Shown here one piece after another: positions 1 to 8,605 of a DNA stretch of 64,000 nucleotides. The notes below the pieces were generated by a model. The model had not been told where the DNA came from. It saw only the letters and a list, made by a program, of their open reading frames with translations, and searched no databases. Both the position numbers and the translations under genes were made by a program. The number at the start of each line of letters is the position of its first letter. Position 1 is the first letter of the stretch. The stretch spans positions 365 to 64,364 of the forward strand of contig JBBDUG010000033.1 in assembly GCA_040904025.1 (NCBI GenBank). The letters run 5' to 3'. The DNA comes from Minisyncoccota bacterium. Its GTDB lineage: Bacteria > Patescibacteriota > Minisyncoccia > Phycocordibacterales > SW-6-46-9.

Positions 1-210
1 TAGAGATAATATTCCCTGAGCACACCCCAAATCATATATACGTCCACCTTTAGACGTATATATTTTAATAAGGCGGATGAGTTCCGCAGTTGCTCTCTTG
101 CTTGTAGGGAGAGAGTGTCCACGTATAAGTGCCTCTCCCGCATATACAACAAGCCCAACTAGAAAGAGGAGTAACGCAAGTGCTATTAAAATATATACAA
201 CAGAAATCAT
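1..210 (-). CDS. Membrane-anchored class I SAM-dependent methyltransferase (partial, runs off left edge)
   Basis: Not in ORF track. Manual translation from ATG 210: MISVVYILIALALLLFLVGLVVYAGEALIRGHSLPTSKRATAELIRLIKIYTSKGGRIYDLGCAQG. N-terminal TM helix plus motif I DLGCxxG. ATGA overlap with the stop of the upstream ATP-grasp gene. Confidence 0.8.
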   Translation of the reverse strand, partial: MISVVYILIALALLLFLVGLVVYAGEALIRGHSLPTSKRATAELIRLIKIYTSKGGRIYDLGCAQGILSL

Positions 211-1379
211 GAGTAATATTTAAATAAGAGGTCGACAAGTGCTCCTGCAACATCCTGCGATTCACCGGAAGACGGAGTATGATGCATTTCAATACTCGGA
301 AGACTATTAAGCTCAAGAATTGCGCATTCCTGTTTTTTCCAAGAAATTGATATGTCTGGTATACAGATATCAATTCCAACCACACGCATACCGGTATATT
401 CTGCCACATCCTGAAATAGTCTCCTATTATCCCCATGCATCTCTCCTGTCACCTCTTCAAGATCACCTCCGAGTCTCATAAAGGGGTCACGTTGGAGATA
501 GACACGCTCACCATTCTCGGGAACAGAAGAGAGTGTGTATCCCAGCTCTCCAAGTAGCCTCTTTGTTGTCTCATCGACAACCAGAGAATGAAAGAAGTCT
601 CCCCCATCATCTCTCGTTCGATTTTTCTCTACTACTAGATCCCTGATGGATGAAGAACTATCCCCCACTACATGTGCGGGAACCTGCTTCACACATGCCA
701 CAAAATCATAATCAATAACAGTCGCACGATATACGAAAGAATTCTCAACATACCGCTCGACAATAAACCGAGGAGAATATTCTAAAACATGTCGTATTGC
801 CCCAACAAATGAATCCCTTGAACGGATATCGGTTGTTACATGTTGAGCAACAGACCCTCGTCGCGGCTTCACCACAAGCGGATATCCCAGCTTTTCTCCA
901 TATCTCATTGCTCCGTCTCTCTGAAGCAAGGAGAAGGACAGACCTTCAACAACAAGGAACCCGCCATCTTGCAAAAATTCTCTTGTCTCCTGTTTACAAT
1001 CTGGATCAAATAATCGAGAGGATATATGTTCAGCCAACGGAAAACCTTCAAATCGCACAACGATGTCTTCAAACTCTACTCTAAATTGATTTGTATACCC
1101 ATACCTACCACGCAGCCCCACCACTCTCACTCCCCGATTTCGTGCCTCTGTGATAAAAAGAGCAGAACGCTTTTGGATAGAAGAAAGATCAATTTCCTCT
1201 TCTTCTTTCAATATTCCCAGAGAAAGAAAAGCTTTCTCAAAAAGGGTATCTGCAAATGAGAGGAGAGTATGCGGAAGAGGAGTTGAAGGCAGTATCATTG
1301 ACATACATTCATCCAACCATGTTTGGATATGGTAGAAAGATGAGATTCCACAGCTGTCACATTTACCTGGCTTTAGCAT
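207..1379 (-). CDS. ATP-grasp ligase (cyanophycin synthetase/GshAB C-terminal-like)
   Basis: Motifs GYPLVVKP, FIVERYV, GIDI, ILELNSLP. The ORF-track start (1571) overlaps the tRNA; the real start is probably 1379 or 1391. Confidence 0.8.
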   Translation of the reverse strand: MLKPGKCDSCGISSFYHIQTWLDECMSMILPSTPLPHTLLSFADTLFEKAFLSLGILKEEEEIDLSSIQKRSALFITEARNRGVRVVGLRGRYGYTNQFRVEFEDIVVRFEGFPLAEHISSRLFDPDCKQETREFLQDGGFLVVEGLSFSLLQRDGAMRYGEKLGYPLVVKPRRGSVAQHVTTDIRSRDSFVGAIRHVLEYSPRFIVERYVENSFVYRATVIDYDFVACVKQVPAHVVGDSSSSIRDLVVEKNRTRDDGGDFFHSLVVDETTKRLLGELGYTLSSVPENGERVYLQRDPFMRLGGDLEEVTGEMHGDNRRLFQDVAEYTGMRVVGIDICIPDISISWKKQECAILELNSLPSIEMHHTPSSGESQDVAGALVDLLFKYYS

Positions 1380-1472
1380 AGATACATTCATACTATCGCA
1401 GAACGAGACGACAGGATAATAGAGGTATGTATTGAGAAAAAGAGCTAAACAAGGTATAGTATTTCGCGTACT

Positions 1473-1545
1473 CCGCTCGTAGCTCAGCTGGTAGAGCAGC
1501 GGCCTCTTAAGCCGACGGTCGAAGGTTCGAGTCCTTCCGAGCGGA
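1473..1545 (+). tRNA. tRNA-Lys(CTT), CCA not encoded
   Basis: Cloverleaf CCGCTCG TA GCTC-AGCTGGTA-GAGC A GCGGC-CTCTTAA-GCCGA CGGTC GAAGG-TTCGAGT-CCTTC CGAGCGG A. Confidence 0.95.
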
Positions 1546-1555
1546 CACGGGATAC

Positions 1556-1583
1556 AATAGGGCTTTATCAAGCCCTATTTTTT
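1556..1583 (+). terminator. Intrinsic terminator after tRNA-Lys
   Basis: AATAGGGCTT-tatc-AAGCCCTATT followed by a T-run. Confidence 0.8.
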
Positions 1584-1598
1584 ATATCAATATAGTAC

Positions 1599-1628
1599 TT
1601 GACTATACATACATATATATTGTATAAT
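1599..1628 (+). promoter_or_regulatory. sigma70-type promoter for the SPFH operon
   Basis: TTGACT-N18-TATAAT. Confidence 0.6.
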
Positions 1629-1683
1629 TGTATGCGGAATCACGTAATGAATCTTGAAATTCTTATATACACGGAGGTTTGCC

Positions 1684-2838
1684 ATGGATGACTACACGAT
1701 CGATATGGTGCTCTTAGCACTATCGTTAGCTGGTTACTCAATAGCCGTGGGGGGAATCCTATGGCTACTAGCTCAAAACAAGGTCTTTTTCGGATTTGTC
1801 CGAGAAAAACAAGCCATCAACATCATGCGGTTTGACGGATATAGTCGGACTATAATGGCGGCCGATAACCTGATGCTTCGACAAGAAGCAGAGGATAAAG
1901 GCTATCTTCCCAAAGAGTTATTAGAAGATGCGTGGGAGAAGTTGGAGGAAGAAAAAGGGAAGCTGGAGGAAAAGGAAACCTTTTCCTTTAACAATCCCCT
2001 TCCCCACGATATCGTCTTGGTCAAACCCCAAGAAGGGAGGCGTAGGAGTCTTTATCTCATTGGACTATGGCCTATTCATCAGGCCCATCGGTACAACCTA
2101 ATTGAAACCAAATACAAGCAGCAAGGTGGTGATAGCCTTTCAAGCGTCGTAGAGGAAACACAGACCGTCCAATACGACCACGTACCTTTAAATGAGATGG
2201 TACGGGTCTGCATCGTCGCCGATGTAGAGCTGCCAAGTGGAATTCCTGTTACAGCACACTTCTCTGTAACCTTGCGACTTCTCAACACCTATACCCCCAT
2301 CTTCGACATCAAAGATTCGGAGTGGTTGGGCACAGTGTTCGACCAATTAGGTCCGGTCTTAAGAGGGTTCCTAGGTCATTGCAAGTACGAAGAACTCGCA
2401 ACAGGAAAAACCCAGAATGAAGTCATCATGAAGTTCCTCAGAGGAAAAAAAGTAGTACCTCCAGGAGCAACGGAACTCCTTGCCCCGAAGCAAGATAATC
2501 TATCATACTGGGCCAACCAGTATCGCGTCGGTATCCTTCGAGTCGATCTCCAAACAGTTGATCCGTCAGGGGGGATCAAAGAGGAGATGCGAGAAGCAAC
2601 CACGATCGCCTACCGCATGGAGCAAGAAGGAAAAGCGGAGGCAAGTAAGATCCGACAAGTCGGAGATGCGCACGCACATGCACGAGATGTTGAATATGAA
2701 GCCATCCTCAAGAGAGGTAAAGGGGCGGGACTACATATCCGACGCTCAGAAGCAATTGAAAAAACGAACGCATCTACCCTTGTACTCGGAGACGAAAACG
2801 GTAGCAGAACAGCCATTCCAATCGGAGGGGATAAATAA
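1684..2838 (+). CDS. SPFH/band-7 family membrane protein
   Basis: N-terminal TM, beta-rich SPFH-like core (GILRVDLQTVDP) and an Ala/Glu-rich coiled tail (EQEGKAEASKIRQVGDAHA). GGAGG Shine-Dalgarno before ATG 1684. Confidence 0.65.
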   Translation: MDDYTIDMVLLALSLAGYSIAVGGILWLLAQNKVFFGFVREKQAINIMRFDGYSRTIMAADNLMLRQEAEDKGYLPKELLEDAWEKLEEEKGKLEEKETFSFNNPLPHDIVLVKPQEGRRRSLYLIGLWPIHQAHRYNLIETKYKQQGGDSLSSVVEETQTVQYDHVPLNEMVRVCIVADVELPSGIPVTAHFSVTLRLLNTYTPIFDIKDSEWLGTVFDQLGPVLRGFLGHCKYEELATGKTQNEVIMKFLRGKKVVPPGATELLAPKQDNLSYWANQYRVGILRVDLQTVDPSGGIKEEMREATTIAYRMEQEGKAEASKIRQVGDAHAHARDVEYEAILKRGKGAGLHIRRSEAIEKTNASTLVLGDENGSRTAIPIGGDK

Positions 2839-3734
2839 TGAAAGAATTTGGATTAGTTCTACTCGCAATCTTTGCAATCTGGGGGCTGTTTGCAACGTGG
2901 AGAAAGTTATACCCACAAAGCCTCAATCGCGTGACGAATGTGAGTAGCCCAGCAACCTGGATTACTCTAGGAATTGGTGGCATCACAGCAGTCATCATGA
3001 TCCTAAACCTGACACCCTTTCAACAGGCGAAGGCAACGGATCAAATGATGTTCACCGGAATCATCATTCTCGCAATCTGCGGAGGATTCCTCGCAACGAA
3101 TAACCACCGTGGTTTTCAGGCAGCGGGGAAAGCAATGAAAGCACTGACGGCCTTTGCGTTCGCGGTGCTCCTCATCGTTACCGTATACGAGACGTGGTGG
3201 CAAGATCCCACCGACGCCTCGATGGACGCAGCGTTTCAGGGTGAAATTGCTGCTGTATCGAGTGAAGCGGAGGCTCAATCTCTCTACGAGAAAGTACTCT
3301 GCAACTCGGACTACAACGACAAGGTGTTAGCGGCATGGATGGACCACGCTCCCCTTGATGTAGCCTATCGCCAGAACCTCCGTGCTCGCGCGCTGGAGAT
3401 GAGGGCAAAAGAATGCCCGTCCGAAGACCGAGTCCAGAGAGTGCGAGTCAATCCGACCTACAACCCCTTTGAGAAAGGGCGGGGTGTACCCCACTTGTGG
3501 GCAACACAAGATACCGTGAAGCACGCATGGTTGATCGGAGAAACTCGTCTCGGCGCAAGCGAGAAGAACAAGGAGTTGATTCAGATCAGCCATTGCGGTG
3601 ATCCGAACAATTTCACCTCGCTCGGGGAATTCATCGAAGAGCGAAAAAAGAAGGACACGGTAACGTGCGCAGTACCTTACTTCTCAGTATATTCTTCCAC
3701 CGGTGACAGCTTGCTGTTTATCGCGGAAGACTGA
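2838..3734 (+). CDS. Hypothetical membrane protein (4 TM plus extracytoplasmic Cys-containing domain)
   Basis: Four hydrophobic segments, then a soluble domain. TAATG coupling to the SPFH gene. Confidence 0.7.
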   Translation: MKEFGLVLLAIFAIWGLFATWRKLYPQSLNRVTNVSSPATWITLGIGGITAVIMILNLTPFQQAKATDQMMFTGIIILAICGGFLATNNHRGFQAAGKAMKALTAFAFAVLLIVTVYETWWQDPTDASMDAAFQGEIAAVSSEAEAQSLYEKVLCNSDYNDKVLAAWMDHAPLDVAYRQNLRARALEMRAKECPSEDRVQRVRVNPTYNPFEKGRGVPHLWATQDTVKHAWLIGETRLGASEKNKELIQISHCGDPNNFTSLGEFIEERKKKDTVTCAVPYFSVYSSTGDSLLFIAED

Positions 3735-3737
3735 GCA

Positions 3738-3783
3738 AAAAGGCCAGAGAGACTCAGTCGAGTCACTCTGGCCTTCTTTATTT
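3738..3783. terminator. Bidirectional hairpin terminator between convergent genes
   Basis: AAGGCCAGAG-agactc-agtc-gagtca-CTCTGGCCTT flanked by A-rich and T-rich tracts. Confidence 0.75.
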
Positions 3784-3792
3784 ACCCAAGAA

Positions 3793-4032
3793 TTAACGGA
3801 GTGTATTCTCGAGGATGCGCACTATAGCCCATGCGCTCACCATGATCACCATACCAACAATCCCCCATGTGATATGCTTCCGTCCTGTCTCTCGTGCTTC
3901 CGAACTTCCACCCTTTACAAGTGTCTTTAACACTCCAAACAGGAACAGTACCACCGCAACCGCAAAGAGAAGCAATATGAGCGGCTGTATGATAACGGTA
4001 AAGAGATTGTCGATGATGCGATCAAGTGACAT
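3793..4032 (-). CDS. VirB2/TrbC-like (T4SS_pilin-type) pilin
   Basis: Two TM helices joined by a GGSSEARETGRKHITWG loop, typical of this family. Confidence 0.75.
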   Translation of the reverse strand: MSLDRIIDNLFTVIIQPLILLLFAVAVVLFLFGVLKTLVKGGSSEARETGRKHITWGIVGMVIMVSAWAIVRILENTLR

Positions 4033-4044
4033 TAAGAAGTGCTA

Positions 4045-4554
4045 CTAAGGTCGATATCGACAGAAGTCACCGATGTATCGCACATAATCAGTTGCACATT
4101 CATCGAGACAATCACCACGTCGAGGTCCATCTACGTGTCTGACCTCAGATGCATCAGAACATCGTTCTGTCCCCTCTAGATCTTGCCCGAAGTCACCGAG
4201 TGGTAAATCTACGAGATCTTCAATGTTCCCTTCTGGAGCAGCGCTGTCAAGATTGAAGGTGTTAACCAGAATATTCACAATTCCCCAAACGGAAACCATA
4301 ACGAAGATTCCGATAATACCCCAAATCATTGTCTGCTGTGCTTTCTTTCGCTCTTCCGGCTCTCCTGACTTTAGGATGTAGCGAAGTACCCCCCATAGGA
4401 ATAGAAGTACCGCAGCTGCAATAATGATTGGGACAAGCAAGTTAATGATGTCCTGGATCCAGAAGAAGATACCTTCAATCGTGGGTCCCTGCGCAGATGC
4501 AACAGATGGTGCTGCGAATACTGTAAACGCAAGCGTGTATACTAATTTTTTCAT
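4045..4554 (-). CDS. VirB2/TrbC-like pilin with signal peptide and C-terminal 4-Cys domain
   Basis: Signal peptide ending ASA-Q, core LWGVLRYI..EERKKAQQTMIWGIIG, Cys-rich tail. Confidence 0.75.
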   Translation of the reverse strand: MKKLVYTLAFTVFAAPSVASAQGPTIEGIFFWIQDIINLLVPIIIAAAVLLFLWGVLRYILKSGEPEERKKAQQTMIWGIIGIFVMVSVWGIVNILVNTFNLDSAAPEGNIEDLVDLPLGDFGQDLEGTERCSDASEVRHVDGPRRGDCLDECATDYVRYIGDFCRYRP

Positions 4555-4671
4555 TGTAAGTAAATAATCAATGTAATTGTTAATGTAAGATAAGCCTATA
4601 GCATGGGCCGATCAATACTTTACATGATAAAAAAATAGTGGCTACTGAGCAAGGGTACGTGTGGATAAGCT

Positions 4672-5097
4672 CTAATCACATTCGTCTCCAAAGATGTCAC
4701 TTCCCACACCACAATCAATTGCACGGTCTCGAAAATTATCATCAGGTCTTGTCTCAAGTACATTGTCCCGAAGACCATCAGGCGTAGCTCCGAAGAATGT
4801 ATTAGAGAGAAGATTAACTATCCCCCATAAAGATACCATTACAAAAATCGACATAATACCCCAGATCATGAACTTCTTTCCCTCTTCACGTTTCTCGGGA
4901 TTGTTCTGATTTATGAATATAAAATTAAATACTCCCCAGAGGAAGAAGAGGATAGCCAATGCAAAGATGAGAGGAACGGCAAGTTCTATAAGATCAAATA
5001 CGATAAAGACAAGATCGGTTAAATTACACGGAGGTGTAGAACACTCTGCGGCGTGAGCAATATTGGGAAAAATAAGATTGGTTATAAAATCTATCAT
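4672..5097 (-). CDS. VirB2/TrbC-like pilin
   Basis: AHA-A cleavage-like site and core LWGVFNFI..EKREEGKKFMIWGIMSIFVMVSLWGIVN. Confidence 0.75.
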   Translation of the reverse strand: MIDFITNLIFPNIAHAAECSTPPCNLTDLVFIVFDLIELAVPLIFALAILFFLWGVFNFIFINQNNPEKREEGKKFMIWGIMSIFVMVSLWGIVNLLSNTFFGATPDGLRDNVLETRPDDNFRDRAIDCGVGSDIFGDECD

Positions 5098-5774
5098 TGT
5101 CCTAAGTCAGTTATGGTTCCAACAATAACTTTTGCAAGAATATCCGCCCCAATTATCACTGCGGCTCCGATCAATGTCCACATCAATGTCTTCTTTGCCT
5201 TTGAAATCTTCTCTGGATTACCCTGTGCCACTAGGAAGAGGAAGCCGGAATAGATGATAAATATAATAATTATTGGAATGGCAATTTGAACTATTCTGTC
5301 CAATAAAGCCTCCAGGAATTTAGGTATGGTACTTATACTACCAAGTGGGTTTGTGAGTCTCCCCACAATATGTGCGGGTTCATCAGGATCAACAACTATA
5401 GGCTCAGTGTATTCCGCACTCCTTTCAGTGATCCCGTCTGCATTAATTGAAGTCACCGTTAGCGTTACAAGGTATTCTCCTTCTTCTGGAAACCTATATG
5501 TGACTCGTTCTCCTGTGTCTGTATCAGTCCCATTAATACCTGGACCGGTAAAAGTCCACGTCCATCCATTAATTTCTTCTCCACCATCTGGATCTTCAGA
5601 TGCTTCTCCGGTAAATGAAATATTTAATCCATCCTGACTAACAATGCCAATCTTTGCGACAGGATCTGCAGCAAACACAAATGAAAGGCCCGCGAACAAA
5701 ACAAAAATCCCAACAACAAAGGCTGTGGTAAGTTTAGCTACTATTCTATTATCCAAGTATTGTCCAAAAACCAT
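5094..5774 (-). CDS. PKD-domain + VirB2/TrbC-like pilin fusion
   Basis: PKD signature (SEDPDG..WTWTF..YRFPEEGEYLVTLTVT) plus C-terminal pilin core (AQGNPEKISKAKKTLMWTLIG). Confidence 0.75.
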   Translation of the reverse strand: MVFGQYLDNRIVAKLTTAFVVGIFVLFAGLSFVFAADPVAKIGIVSQDGLNISFTGEASEDPDGGEEINGWTWTFTGPGINGTDTDTGERVTYRFPEEGEYLVTLTVTSINADGITERSAEYTEPIVVDPDEPAHIVGRLTNPLGSISTIPKFLEALLDRIVQIAIPIIIIFIIYSGFLFLVAQGNPEKISKAKKTLMWTLIGAAVIIGADILAKVIVGTITDLGQ

Positions 5775-6750
5775 TTTCTGTATCTAGAAGCGATGCTGTT
5801 ATCGTATTCACGATCAACCACGCCAACGCTATTATTATAAGCCCTATTGCCGTTTTCTTAAAAATATTGTGAGCTGTGGATATCTTTTGTGGACTCCCAC
5901 CGGAAGACATATAGAGCCATCCCGCGTAGGCAAACATAACAGTCGCTACTACCGCTGCGGTATAGAATATCCATTCAATAACACGATTTAAGAGCTCTAT
6001 AAAGCTATTAAAGTCACAATCGATCCCGTTGCAAGGTACAAGTCCACCCTTTCCGTAATCAGTATTTACATCATATTTCGGTGTATCGATATCTGTCACA
6101 CCAGCCCCACTGGAGTCAGTACTTTTTGATCCAACAACAATTGTTTTTGTTGTCTCTGCTGCTCTATCGTCTTCCAAACTTGTAACTAAGAGCTTCACCC
6201 CATACTCACCTGGATTCGAAAAAGCATGTTGTTCACTGCGTCCAGATCCATATTGTACAGACCCTTCTGTGTCGAACTGCCACTGGAATCTGAAGTCACT
6301 TGTATCACCAAAATACGAGATATCCTCTTCAAAGGATATAACTTCTCCGGCTTGAGGATTCTCGGGGTCGAAAGTAAAGTCAACATTCAATGCCTGCTGG
6401 ACCTTAATAGCTTGCGTTATGCTATGGGTCTCCCCTTCACTATCAAGAACAATGAGGGTAACAGGATGATTTCCCGGAGAAGAGAATGTGTAGGGAAAAA
6501 TGGAGTACTCTTCATCCCGCCCACCCCACGTATTGTCTTTATCTCCATCGACATACCATGTCCATGCCTCTGGTGATGTTCCTGGATCATATGAAGAAGT
6601 GGAGATGAATTGAACCTCCTCCCCCACTTCTGCAGAAGGAGGGTCTGCATAGAAGTTGGCCTGTGGAGCTGCATATGCAACCATCGCACTTACCCCCACT
6701 AAAGACAAGAGGAGTGAAAGAGACCAAAATGCTGTATATACGTTTTTCAT
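5749..6750 (-). CDS. Double-PKD + VirB2/TrbC-like pilin fusion
   Basis: Two PKD repeats (YTFSSPGNHPVTLIV; HAFSNPGEYGVKLLVT), GLVPC..C linker, pilin core (SGGSPQKISTAHNIFKKTAIG). Confidence 0.75.
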   Translation of the reverse strand: MKNVYTAFWSLSLLLSLVGVSAMVAYAAPQANFYADPPSAEVGEEVQFISTSSYDPGTSPEAWTWYVDGDKDNTWGGRDEEYSIFPYTFSSPGNHPVTLIVLDSEGETHSITQAIKVQQALNVDFTFDPENPQAGEVISFEEDISYFGDTSDFRFQWQFDTEGSVQYGSGRSEQHAFSNPGEYGVKLLVTSLEDDRAAETTKTIVVGSKSTDSSGAGVTDIDTPKYDVNTDYGKGGLVPCNGIDCDFNSFIELLNRVIEWIFYTAAVVATVMFAYAGWLYMSSGGSPQKISTAHNIFKKTAIGLIIIALAWLIVNTITASLLDTENGFWTILG

Positions 6751-6752
6751 AC

Positions 6753-8027
6753 CTACAAATTATTATGCGCCTTCTCAATTGCATCCGACCCGCGCAACCT
6801 TCCGGATGTCACATCATCAACCAATGTCTCGAATACATCATAACTACGATACAGATTAACATCCGGCCAGCTCACAGATCTCACCGCTGCTCGATAGAAG
6901 AGGTTCATATACGCATCAGACGGCTCGCTCTGCAATAGATCTCGCCGTGCCGGTGGTAGGAGCTGTATAGAGGATATACTCTCCGCAAAAGCCCTGTTTG
7001 AGAGCAATATAGCCCCTCGAACCGCTTCGGATAGCTGCGAAGACCTCTCCAGCACAGCAATTCCCAACACATGTGCATATGTTCTTGGAACTTCATCACG
7101 TATCTGCGGTACTGAAGTGACATCAAAATTTAAATTCGGATTTCGAGAACGAATACGTCTGATCTCAGAGGCAAACCCGATATAAAGTCCAAGATTATTT
7201 GTTGCAAAGATAGATTGAGCTTCAGGAAGCGCAGAGTTCCATGTATACGTTGGAGTATCAGGGTCAGCAAATTCGGTATAGAAACGTACCACTGAGAGCA
7301 CAATGGATGCATTGCGTGAATTTTTTGGTGCTAATACTGATTCAACTCCATTTCCACTCCACTGTGCAATTGGGTTCCCTGACTGCAACAGAAGAAGTGA
7401 AAAGATATCTGCTGCATTGGCAATATTGGAGAATGTACCTAATGCGATAGCGGCACGCTCGATAGATGTCCCATTACGCACTCCCACCTCATCTACAAAA
7501 TCAGGAATATCACCCCAATATGCTGGTGGTGTTGCAATACCTGCGCCAGAAAGCAATGTTCTGTTCCAGTACATCACGAGAGGATCTACAGAGATAGGAA
7601 GAGCATATATTCCATTTGGTGCAGCAAATACTTCTCCTGCCTCTACAAATGAATCGCGAAAATTCCGTAGTGGAAAGCTTTCATATGGAATCGGAAGTAG
7701 ATCTCCTCGAACTCGCAGAAGTGTTGTCTCTGGATACAAAAGAAGATCGGGAGCACCACCATATGCAAGTGCCTCTACTAATATCTCCTCAAGTCTCTCG
7801 GATGAGATCTGTTGATATTGAAACTCAAACGGAGCCTCACTCTCTACAATCAAGGGCTCTACCGCATCTTCAAAATCTTCTCTTTCCATCTCCCCCCACA
7901 CTGAGAGTTGAGTCGATGGAAGTGCTTCACTACGTTTCTGAAGCGCAAATACAATAACAGCAAGGAGTGCAACAACGAGGAGTATGCCGATAACTACATA
8001 TTGAAATATACTTGTTTGTTCGTCCAT
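6753..8027 (-). CDS. Membrane-anchored extracellular solute-binding protein (sugar ABC family 1-like)
   Basis: N-terminal TM, LSVWG, APDLL, IYALPISVDPLVMYWN motifs. Confidence 0.8.
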   Translation of the reverse strand: MDEQTSIFQYVVIGILLVVALLAVIVFALQKRSEALPSTQLSVWGEMEREDFEDAVEPLIVESEAPFEFQYQQISSERLEEILVEALAYGGAPDLLLYPETTLLRVRGDLLPIPYESFPLRNFRDSFVEAGEVFAAPNGIYALPISVDPLVMYWNRTLLSGAGIATPPAYWGDIPDFVDEVGVRNGTSIERAAIALGTFSNIANAADIFSLLLLQSGNPIAQWSGNGVESVLAPKNSRNASIVLSVVRFYTEFADPDTPTYTWNSALPEAQSIFATNNLGLYIGFASEIRRIRSRNPNLNFDVTSVPQIRDEVPRTYAHVLGIAVLERSSQLSEAVRGAILLSNRAFAESISSIQLLPPARRDLLQSEPSDAYMNLFYRAAVRSVSWPDVNLYRSYDVFETLVDDVTSGRLRGSDAIEKAHNNL

Positions 8028-8036
8028 ATATCAGTA

Positions 8037-8570
8037 TTATCTCTTTTTTCTTGCAATAAAGCCATAATGGTGATCACGGGCGGGAATCTCCTCCCCTATC
8101 TCAAATCCAGCTGATTCAAGTAGCTTCCGAGCATCACCAACAGATATCACATGACCGGGTTGCGGACCTAGCCCCCCAAAAGAATCACTCCAATCTATAA
8201 ATAACATTCGTCCACCCAGCTTGAGAATCCGGGATACTTCAGAAAGAGCCGTTTCTTTATCCTCAACCTGGAAAAGGGTGTTTGAAAGAATGACGGCATT
8301 CATCGAATTGCTTTTCAGAGTACTCCCCTCCTTTGCCTCAAGATCTCCCCACACCACTTCCACATTGTCATACCCGCGTCGCATCGCTTCCTTCTTCAGA
8401 CGCTCCACTAGCTGTTTTTGTATATCGACTGCATATACTTTTCCTCCCGCCCCCACCGCTTCTGCGGCAGCAAGAGTATAATGTCCTGAACCTGCTCCAA
8501 GATCAGCGACAAGATAGCCCGGTTCAAGCTTGAGATGCGTAATATTTCCCTGCGGATTACTGAATGCCAT
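8037..8570 (-). CDS. Class I SAM-dependent methyltransferase
   Basis: VADLGAGSG motif I, VYAVD, RILKLGG. Confidence 0.9.
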   Translation of the reverse strand: MAFSNPQGNITHLKLEPGYLVADLGAGSGHYTLAAAEAVGAGGKVYAVDIQKQLVERLKKEAMRRGYDNVEVVWGDLEAKEGSTLKSNSMNAVILSNTLFQVEDKETALSEVSRILKLGGRMLFIDWSDSFGGLGPQPGHVISVGDARKLLESAGFEIGEEIPARDHHYGFIARKKR

Positions 8571-8605
8571 TATATATCTGATTGTAGCATTCTATTCTAC
8601 ACTCG

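Noticed and set aside
207-1571. Cyanophycin synthetase, and the 454-aa ORF length
   Set aside because: The Mur-ligase domain is absent, and the N-terminal extension is antisense to tRNA-Lys.
1473-3783. Integrative element at tRNA-Lys
   Set aside because: No integrase and no duplicated tRNA 3' end were seen.
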